Made by a program: the position numbers and the translations under genes. A stretch of DNA of 32,000 nucleotides, taken from contig JAIQZO010000012.1 in NCBI GenBank assembly GCA_021777055.1, positions 39,013 to 71,012 on the forward strand. Direction: 5' to 3'. This document shows, piece after piece, positions 25,394 to 32,000 of the stretch (positions are counted from its first letter, which is position 1; each line of letters begins with the position of its first letter). Origin of the DNA: Candidatus Anammoxibacter sp. (lineage in GTDB: Bacteria; Planctomycetota; Brocadiia; Brocadiales; Anammoxibacteraceae). Under the pieces are notes generated by a model. The model ran no database searches. It saw only the letters and a program-made list of their open reading frames with translations, and had not been told where the DNA came from.

Positions 25394-26452
25394 ATGGAAA
25401 AGAAAATTAAAGTCCTGGTTGTTGATGATTCTGCCGTATTTCGCAACATAATATCAACTGTGCTGACCACAGATGATGGTGTAGAAGTTGTAGGTAAGGC
25501 TAATAACGGCGCAATGGCATTAAAGAAGATACCATTAGTCCACCCTGATGTGATCACTATGGATGTTGAAATGCCTGAAATGGACGGAATAACCGCATTG
25601 CGGGAGATCAAAAAACTATACCCGAAAATTGCAGTTATCATGTTTAGTGTGCACACCGAACGAGGCGCGGAGATGACAGTTGAGGCCTTGACAGCCGGAG
25701 CCGCAGATTTTATTGCAAAGCCTACTGACGGAAAATCATTTCGCGAGAACACTGAAAGCATAAAAAGAGATCTTTTGGTAAGGATCAAGGCCTGCAAGGG
25801 ATTACGTCTTACACAAAGGCCCGCAACACAAAAAACAATTTTACCACTGACGACGTCTAAGATGCCCGTCGCCCTTTCTCGCCGTGATGTTATTGCAATT
25901 GGAAGTTCCACCGGTGGTCCTGATGCGTTGAAAGAAGTTATTACCAGAATACCAAAGGATATAAAATCTGCAATTCTTATTGTTCAACATATGCCACCAG
26001 TTTTTACAGATAAACTGGCACAACATTTAAATAAATTGGCAGAAATTGAGGTACGGGAAGCCAAAGACGGTGACACTATAAAAAACGGTTTGGCCCTAAT
26101 CGCTCCCGGTGGATATCACATGGCTGTCAAGAAATCCGTATCAAACAATTATACCATATCGCTAAATCAAGATCCCCCGGAAAACCACTGCAAACCTTCG
26201 GCCGATGTCTTATTTCGTTCTGTGGCTCAACATTTTAAAAACAAGACTGTAGGTGTGATTCTTACCGGAATGGGAAGCGACGGATGCGAGGGTTTAAAGG
26301 TTATGAAGAAGCATGGAACTCCTATAATTGCGCAGGACAGGGATTCTTGTGTCGTATGGGGAATGCCACGATGTGCAGTTGAAGCAGGCCTAGTTGATGC
26401 CGAAGTTGATATTAAAGGTATTGCCGATAAAATTAAGCAGTACATATTATAA
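25394..26452 (+). CDS. cheB: Chemotaxis response regulator protein-glutamate methylesterase
   Basis: 352 aa. REC domain (KVLVVDDSAVFRN, phospho-Asp in ITMDVEMPEMDG) followed by a CheB methylesterase domain (AIGSSTGGPDAL, VQHMPP, GMGSDG). Confidence 0.93.
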   Translation: MEKKIKVLVVDDSAVFRNIISTVLTTDDGVEVVGKANNGAMALKKIPLVHPDVITMDVEMPEMDGITALREIKKLYPKIAVIMFSVHTERGAEMTVEALTAGAADFIAKPTDGKSFRENTESIKRDLLVRIKACKGLRLTQRPATQKTILPLTTSKMPVALSRRDVIAIGSSTGGPDALKEVITRIPKDIKSAILIVQHMPPVFTDKLAQHLNKLAEIEVREAKDGDTIKNGLALIAPGGYHMAVKKSVSNNYTISLNQDPPENHCKPSADVLFRSVAQHFKNKTVGVILTGMGSDGCEGLKVMKKHGTPIIAQDRDSCVVWGMPRCAVEAGLVDAEVDIKGIADKIKQYIL

Positions 26453-26458
26453 TACAAC

Positions 26459-26495
26459 AAAGCGGCAACCAAACCAGAGAATATAGAGCTGTAGT
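26459..26495. repeat. Possible degenerate left module of the repeat family (copy F)
   Basis: CAAAGCGGCAACCAAACCAGAGAATATAGAGCTGTAG resembles GAAGCCGCAACCAGAATACAGGAGCCAGG of copy A. It lies 7 nt after the cheB stop. Confidence 0.35.
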
Positions 26496-26601
26496 CCTTT
26501 TATGATGTTCTTAATCGTAAATTAGTATGTACTTACTAAATATTATTCTCTCTTGTTTCCATTTTTTTTACTTTGCGTATATAACGTTATAAAACCAGAA
26601 A

Positions 26602-27309
26602 TTACCAGAATTGCCAGTTTTCTGTAGACACAACGTATACACCTAAGAGTAGGTTTGTCACCCCATGAGCAAGAATCACAGTTAACAAACTCCTGGTATA
26701 GTAAAACAACAGGGTATATGCTACACCAGCCATAATTCCCGCCAACCAGAGGTTATGCTCCAAACCAAAAAGGATGGATGTAACGATAAATGACATCCAT
26801 GTGAACTTACCTAATGGAACATTCTCAAATTTGGGATTAACAATATATCTTAGCACAAAAGAACGCCAGAATAGTTCTTCGAATACCGGGACGATGAGAG
26901 ATGCTCCAATAAGCCGAAAAGAGACGAGAACAACTGAAATCAAAGACATTCCAAGTACGTTGGGATTAAACTCTTTGGTCTTACCAATGGTAGCAAATTT
27001 CCAATCCATATTGATCCACAATACAAACACAGTAAATCCGGTTAACAACCCTATAAATAGATTTTCCCACAAGAACTTATTTTTCGTCCCAAGCTCTGTG
27101 TACCTTTTCCAAAAGAGAACCAAAAAGAAACCGACCAATACAGTTTTTATGGGGTAAAAAATATAACTGTCATATTCTGCAAACTTTTCAAACTGCGGTA
27201 CGTACTTGGCAACCATATCTATTAAAGATTCAATCGCTATAAAAAATACGAATATGAGAAACGGAAACACCCTTGGAAACCATTCATTTTTAAATATTTT
27301 TGAGATCAT
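26602..27309 (-). CDS. CPBP family intramembrane glutamic endopeptidase (CAAX protease/Abi family)
   Basis: 235 aa, polytopic. Motif 1 EELFWRSF, motif 2 FGLEHN, motif 3 ILAHGVTN. Confidence 0.8.
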   Translation of the reverse strand: MISKIFKNEWFPRVFPFLIFVFFIAIESLIDMVAKYVPQFEKFAEYDSYIFYPIKTVLVGFFLVLFWKRYTELGTKNKFLWENLFIGLLTGFTVFVLWINMDWKFATIGKTKEFNPNVLGMSLISVVLVSFRLIGASLIVPVFEELFWRSFVLRYIVNPKFENVPLGKFTWMSFIVTSILFGLEHNLWLAGIMAGVAYTLLFYYTRSLLTVILAHGVTNLLLGVYVVSTENWQFW

Positions 27310-27370
27310 TTGTTTACCTTACAAAAGATTTATGATTGAAAATTGCAGATCTGGTTGTAGATTTGTAGAG

Positions 27371-30300
27371 CTATTCTACAGTTATAAATCTTTTCCCAAT
27401 TTTTGCTATGTCATCAATCAAAGAATAAAACGTTGGCAGGATTATCAATGTCAATAAAGTAGAAGCAGTTAACCCACTAACAATCACAAGGCCCAGGGGA
27501 GCCCACAGCCGTTCCCGGCCTTCAAGTTTACCAAAGAATTGCGGAAGCAGTAATGGCAGCACCATTGGCATAAGCCCGAGTATAGTGGTTATAGACGTCA
27601 TAAGGATTGGTCTAACCCTATCCTTTAACCCTTTCAATATTGCATCATCCCTTTCCATCCCGTTGCTTCTCTGTTTATTGATGTAATCTATCAGCACAAT
27701 GGCATTATTAACAACAATCCCCACCAAGAGGATCATGCCAATCTGAGCAAAATCGTTTAGAGGAATATCCATGAAATGGAACATAAACGTAACACCTGTA
27801 AACGCAAACGGTATGGACAGCATAATGGTAAATGGATATACAAATGACTCAAACAAAGATGCCATTATCAGATATATAATTATGATCGCCAGTATTAATC
27901 CAAAGTTTAACTCCTTCTCCTCTTTTCCGTAATGTCTGTACTGGCCTCCCATCTCCCATTTATAGTCAGGTGGGAAATTTAGCTGGCTCATAACTGACTG
28001 TATATTACCTTTCAGAGCCATATACCCTATACCTTTATAGTTAATACTTAACGTAACTGTCGGTTTACGATCCAGCCTTTCTATGGATTTTGGCCCTTTT
28101 GTTTGATTAAACATCGCAACCCTATTCACTGTAACAAGGCTATCATCCACACCTTTAAGAGTTAAATTCTTTATTTTCTCCAGAGTATCTCTATCCTCCT
28201 CCTTTGCCTGAAGAGTTATATCTACATCATAATCATCAGTTTTCAATGTAGTTACAGCTCGTGAGCTAAGAGCTCCACTAAGCCCCATTGCAACTCTGCG
28301 GGGAGACAATCCGTACATTTGTGCTTTGTTTCGTTCTATATTTACATGAAGTTCATATGTTCCGCTTTGGAGGTTAGTCTCCACTTCTTTGATATAAGGC
28401 TTCCTCTCCAGCATTGTTTTTGCCCTTTCTGCTAGTCGGGAAAGGACATCGATATTCTTCCCATAAAAATCTACAGTAACATTATTCGCCGATGGGCCGA
28501 ACCCGTATCTCCTCGCACCTACGTACTTGACACCAGGAAGAACTGGGAAAAGTTTTTTTAACCTCTCCCGGACCTCACCTATGGAAAGAGTCGCGGCCTC
28601 CTTTGTCTTAAGATATGCCTCAATCACCCCGCCATCTTTCTCAAAATTGGTTGAAAACGCTATGATATCAAGTTCTGACTTGTTACGATCGATCAAACCC
28701 TCTAATTTTGCAAAAAGTGCAGTAGTTTCATCAATGTCGTAATCTACCGGAGTATCAACCCAAATCTTCGTCTCCCTATAAGGAGTACTCCATACTATCT
28801 CTTTATCAAGATTTAGGAATAAATGTACTGACCCTCCAACAATTCCTATTGCTACTCCAGTTGTAATCCATTTATGTTTTATGGTTATACGGGCAAGGCA
28901 TAGATATGATCTTATAAGCCGGTTTTCTCTAGTTTTCCCCTGAACCTGTTTACCCAAACGCCCCAAATCTTTCTTTCGATTTTTTTTTAGCAAGAGGGAC
29001 GATGCATACGGAACCATTGATAAAGAGACAAGTAATGAAGTTGTAACAATTAAACATAAAGTTACACCAAAATCGTGAAGGAATATTCCCATTCTGTTCT
29101 TTGAAAGAAAAACAAGCGGTATAAAGACTGCAACCGTTGTTGCAGTTGCCGCTGTAATTGCAAGTCCAACCTCACTGGTTGCGGCAACAGCCGCATCCTT
29201 AACCTCCAGGCCTTTCTGGGTTTTGTGTCTAAAAATATTCTCAAGTACCACTATCGCCGGATCAACTAAAATACCTATTGCAAGCATAATCCCAGAAAGC
29301 GAAACAACGTTAATTGTTATATCCGCATTAAACAGACGTCTTAACATAAACATCATGCAAAAGGTAAAGAGTATTGACACGGGGATCGCGCACACCACAA
29401 TAACTGTGCTTTTGATATTCCTCAAAAAAATAAACAACACAATAATAACCAATAAACCACCAACTAGGCCCGTATCTTTTAACTTGGATAAACTTTTGAT
29501 AACTGGTTCAGCTCTGTCTCTATATATATTAATTTCCAATCCTCTCAACCTGGGGTCTGATTGGAGTTCGGTTAATGCCTTTTTAACATCTTTTACTACA
29601 GCAATAGTATTTGCATTGGAAGATTTTACAACGCTAAGAGTTACCGCCTCCTTACCATGAAGCCTTCTTACATTTGTCTTTTCAGGAAAAGAGTAATGAA
29701 TGTCTGCTAAATCCTTAAATCGTAATAGCTGTGGTGGTTGGTTTTCTGTTTCTACAGAAAGCTGTTCACTATCTCCCATATCAAACTTTGAGATTGCAAC
29801 AGGTAATTCATCTATATCTTTAACTGTCTTAAAGTTTCCAATTGTTCGAATTGCATATTTAATATCACCATCAATTATGTTTCCGGCAGAAGTACTGGTA
29901 TTACTGGTAACCAGTAAATCCCTTAAGAAACGCGCATCAACACCATGAGAAGTCAACCTTTCCTTATCAAGATTAATAAAAAGCTGTTTTTCTTCAATAC
30001 CTTTAGTATCAACAGAAGCTACCCCGTTAATCCTTTGCAGCCGTCTTTTTATTACCTTTTCAATAACATAATACAGCTTCTCAGATTGGATATTACCTCC
30101 CACCTGTAGCTCGATCACTGGGATGTCTCCAGATCTAAACCTCCCAATTCTTATCCTTTCAACATCATCTGGCAACGATGCCCTGATTTCATTTATTCGA
30201 TTCATCACCTGCATTGCACCAATATGCATATTCGCACCAACCTTAAATCTAAGGCTAACGCTTGCATTGTTAGCGCTAGAGGTCGAGCTAACAGAATCAA

Positions 30301-30529
30301 CATTCTCTATAACACTCAATGCATCTTCCAACGGCACGGTTATCAACCTCTCTATCTCATCTGGCGAAGATGAAATAAATGAGACATCAACCCATAAAGA
30401 ACTCCCCGAAAATTCAGGGAGATATAAGAGGGGAATTTTTTTTCCGGAAATTATTCCTAGGACTATAACCGCAATTATAATCATAAACATTGTTACCGGT
30501 TTATTTACAGAAAATCTGGCGATACTCAT
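27371..30529 (-). CDS. RND superfamily efflux transporter permease (AcrB-like architecture)
   Basis: 1052 aa. N-terminal FSVNKPVTMFMIIIAVIVLG. Two 6-TM bundles with large periplasmic loops. TM4-type LAIGILVDPAIVVLENI and TM10-type LLVGIVVNNAIVLIDYI. Confidence 0.93.
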   Translation of the reverse strand: MSIARFSVNKPVTMFMIIIAVIVLGIISGKKIPLLYLPEFSGSSLWVDVSFISSSPDEIERLITVPLEDALSVIENVDSVSSTSSANNASVSLRFKVGANMHIGAMQVMNRINEIRASLPDDVERIRIGRFRSGDIPVIELQVGGNIQSEKLYYVIEKVIKRRLQRINGVASVDTKGIEEKQLFINLDKERLTSHGVDARFLRDLLVTSNTSTSAGNIIDGDIKYAIRTIGNFKTVKDIDELPVAISKFDMGDSEQLSVETENQPPQLLRFKDLADIHYSFPEKTNVRRLHGKEAVTLSVVKSSNANTIAVVKDVKKALTELQSDPRLRGLEINIYRDRAEPVIKSLSKLKDTGLVGGLLVIIVLFIFLRNIKSTVIVVCAIPVSILFTFCMMFMLRRLFNADITINVVSLSGIMLAIGILVDPAIVVLENIFRHKTQKGLEVKDAAVAATSEVGLAITAATATTVAVFIPLVFLSKNRMGIFLHDFGVTLCLIVTTSLLVSLSMVPYASSLLLKKNRKKDLGRLGKQVQGKTRENRLIRSYLCLARITIKHKWITTGVAIGIVGGSVHLFLNLDKEIVWSTPYRETKIWVDTPVDYDIDETTALFAKLEGLIDRNKSELDIIAFSTNFEKDGGVIEAYLKTKEAATLSIGEVRERLKKLFPVLPGVKYVGARRYGFGPSANNVTVDFYGKNIDVLSRLAERAKTMLERKPYIKEVETNLQSGTYELHVNIERNKAQMYGLSPRRVAMGLSGALSSRAVTTLKTDDYDVDITLQAKEEDRDTLEKIKNLTLKGVDDSLVTVNRVAMFNQTKGPKSIERLDRKPTVTLSINYKGIGYMALKGNIQSVMSQLNFPPDYKWEMGGQYRHYGKEEKELNFGLILAIIIIYLIMASLFESFVYPFTIMLSIPFAFTGVTFMFHFMDIPLNDFAQIGMILLVGIVVNNAIVLIDYINKQRSNGMERDDAILKGLKDRVRPILMTSITTILGLMPMVLPLLLPQFFGKLEGRERLWAPLGLVIVSGLTASTLLTLIILPTFYSLIDDIAKIGKRFITVE

Positions 30530-30617
30530 AAAATAGGGGATAATATATTCTGTTTAGACTTCTTTGGCAAATCAGATAAAACGATAAGCCCACAACTAAA
30601 TAGGAGAATAGGAAGTT

Positions 30618-30870
30618 CATAGTGCGACGAAGCCGCAACCAAAATACTAGATGCTGGATACTGGATTCTAGATACTGGTAAATAGTTACATTTCTAGTTT
30701 CCTAGTCAAGATGTAACATGAAAAAAAGACGATTTAGATTTAAAATATAACATTTTAAGCTGGCAGAATAAATTATCAATCAACCAGTAACTATGCTGTT
30801 ACAACTAACTTACCATACACAGTAAAAATTTCTTTCTAAAAAAACAGGTTTTTACAGGGTAATACTATAA
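30618..30870. repeat. Modular intergenic repeat, copy C (copy B plus an internal insertion of about 75 bp)
   Basis: CATAGTGCGACGAAGCCGCAACCAAAATACTAGATGCTGGATACTGGATTCTAGATACTGGTAAATAGTT..GTCAAGATGTAACAT..TTTCTTTCTAAAAAAACAGGTTTTTACAGGGTAATACTATAAG. Confidence 0.7.
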
Positions 30871-30892
30871 GAAAGCATATATCCGTGGATAT

Positions 30893-31040
30893 TTTACCAT
30901 GTTATTAATTGTAAAAGCCCATTTACTTTCCAACTCCCGCTTTCTGTTGCCCTCACTCCTGTCTCCTAAATTCTGCATACCATAAAAACAGCCAAATCAA
31001 GAAAAAGAAGTTTTTACAAATTCATGCTAGCAATAGTATA
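30893..31040. repeat. Modular intergenic repeat, copy E (homologous to the right half of copy D)
   Basis: TTACCATGTTATTAA..CACTCCTGTCTCCTAAATTCTGCATACCATAAAAAC-N20-GTTTTTACAAA. It follows copy C after about 20 bp. Confidence 0.6.
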
Positions 31041-31171
31041 TGTGATTTTATTAGCTGATCAAAATATAAAGGCGTTACTTTTGCAAATTACTTGATTTAT
31101 AATAAAATAGAGGATATATTTGTAAGTACTTTAAATGATTAAAACCAACCACTTTGTATTTCATTTATAAT

Positions 31172-32000
31172 ATGAAAACACCAAAAAACAGATTTAATCA
31201 TACCACTCTTGCGGAAGATGATTTTACCATTATCAGGGATGAGAACATTGGCAGTATATTGATCGGATGCCCTCATTCCGCAATAAAATATTTCAATAGA
31301 GAAAAAGAACCGATTCCGACAAATATTATTATTCCTCAACGCACATTCCGAAACGGCAAAAACTTCTTTGATATTGAATTTCTTGCCTACACTGTCATCT
31401 TCTTCCAAAAGATAAAGACTCCCATAAATATTATCTGTACGAAATCTCAAGAAGAGAGGACCAGAATTATACTACATGAGGCATTGATTGGTCCAGATTT
31501 GACAGATATGTTCCAGACGTTACTTGCCAGTAATTTAAGAAAATGCGAACTGGAAGATGAGTTGAAAATAGCGATTCAGATGACAGCACCTCAGATAGGA
31601 AAAAGAAAAAAGCTTTTCTCCCTGGTCAAGGAAATGATAGCGAAAGAAAACTCACAAAAAGATATGGAGGCATGTATATTAGATAGTATCATTGGGAAAA
31701 TAGAAAGAAAGAGCTGGAGTCCTTCACTGGATCTAAGAAAAATCTACCAATATACCGCAAATGCTTATGTTAAAGCCGCAATGTTAAAGAATGAGATAAA
31801 TGTTTTTGCTGTCTGTGATGAAAACGGATTCGATGGCTTTATCAATACGTACGTAAAATTCTATCATTTCAGACCAAATGGTCCAGTAAATGTACCAGGA
31901 AACAACGGAATAGATTTTGAGACATGTCAAAGCAAGACTGGCTCTTTAAGTATAAGCAAAAAGGGCGACACAACATCGGACTTTTCCATACGTTTTGCAG
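31172..32000 (+). CDS. Hypothetical protein, 3'-truncated by the window edge (absent from the ORF track)
   Basis: I translated it manually. The ATG at 31172 follows an in-frame TGA at 31136, and 276 codons then run without a stop to base 32000 in AT-rich DNA (MKTPKNRFNHTTLAEDDFTIIRDENIGSILIGCPHSAIKYF...). I do not recognise the family. Confidence 0.7.
   Translation, partial: MKTPKNRFNHTTLAEDDFTIIRDENIGSILIGCPHSAIKYFNREKEPIPTNIIIPQRTFRNGKNFFDIEFLAYTVIFFQKIKTPINIICTKSQEERTRIILHEALIGPDLTDMFQTLLASNLRKCELEDELKIAIQMTAPQIGKRKKLFSLVKEMIAKENSQKDMEACILDSIIGKIERKSWSPSLDLRKIYQYTANAYVKAAMLKNEINVFAVCDENGFDGFINTYVKFYHFRPNGPVNVPGNNGIDFETCQSKTGSLSISKKGDTTSDFSIRFA

Noticed and set aside
25369-25911. 180-aa minus-strand ORF
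   Set aside because: It is antisense to the strongly supported cheB REC domain, with low-complexity Ser/Thr/Ala-rich shadow-type composition.
26774-30536. Plus-strand ORFs inside the CPBP and RND genes (26774-27157, 27206-27457, 28527-28742, 29223-29660, 29700-29948, 30123-30536)
   Set aside because: They are antisense shadows of long, motif-supported membrane protein genes.
1374-31040. CRISPR array interpretation of the recurring repeats
   Set aside because: The copies are kilobases apart in separate intergenic gaps, 120-250 bp long and modular. There is no regular repeat-spacer periodicity and there are no cas genes.
31139-31450. 103-aa minus-strand ORF
   Set aside because: It lies antisense inside a much longer stop-free plus-strand frame (31172 to the window end), so it is a shadow ORF.

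Overview
AT-rich bacterial chromosomal window. I saw no rRNA, tRNA, CRISPR, transposase or phage genes, and I count 22 credible protein genes. Left third: the 3' part of an M16 peptidase-like gene, then cysK, cysE and rfbB on the plus strand, followed by a convergent glnA-gltB (GS-GOGAT) pair on the minus strand. Centre (11.2-20.8 kb, all minus strand): an eight-gene specialised lipid cluster. In transcription order it encodes a B12-binding radical SAM enzyme, a class I SAM methyltransferase, a stand-alone ACP, FabZ, a ketosynthase with an intact Cys-His-His triad, a translationally coupled KS-like partner that has lost all three catalytic residues, a CrtI/phytoene-desaturase-family flavoenzyme, and a second B12-binding radical SAM enzyme. 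This is the main candidate for a mechanistically undescribed system. From memory, its gene content and order match the clusters proposed bioinformatically for ladderane (fused cyclobutane) lipid synthesis in anammox Planctomycetes, whose enzymology is still unknown. Right third: thiC, a DUF62-type SAM hydroxide adenosyltransferase, a four-cluster ferredoxin, a secreted cyclophilin, an orphan cheB, a CPBP intramembrane protease, an RND permease without MFP/OMF partners, and an edge-truncated hypothetical ORF (31172 onward) that the ORF track missed. A modular intergenic repeat family occurs in at least six intergenic gaps, always in the same orientation. Its modules are a GC hairpin, a CAGAAT/CTGGAT-rich tract, an AT-rich inverted repeat and a TAATACTATA box. 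All calls come from reading the sequence and recognising motifs by eye; no database search or computation was possible.
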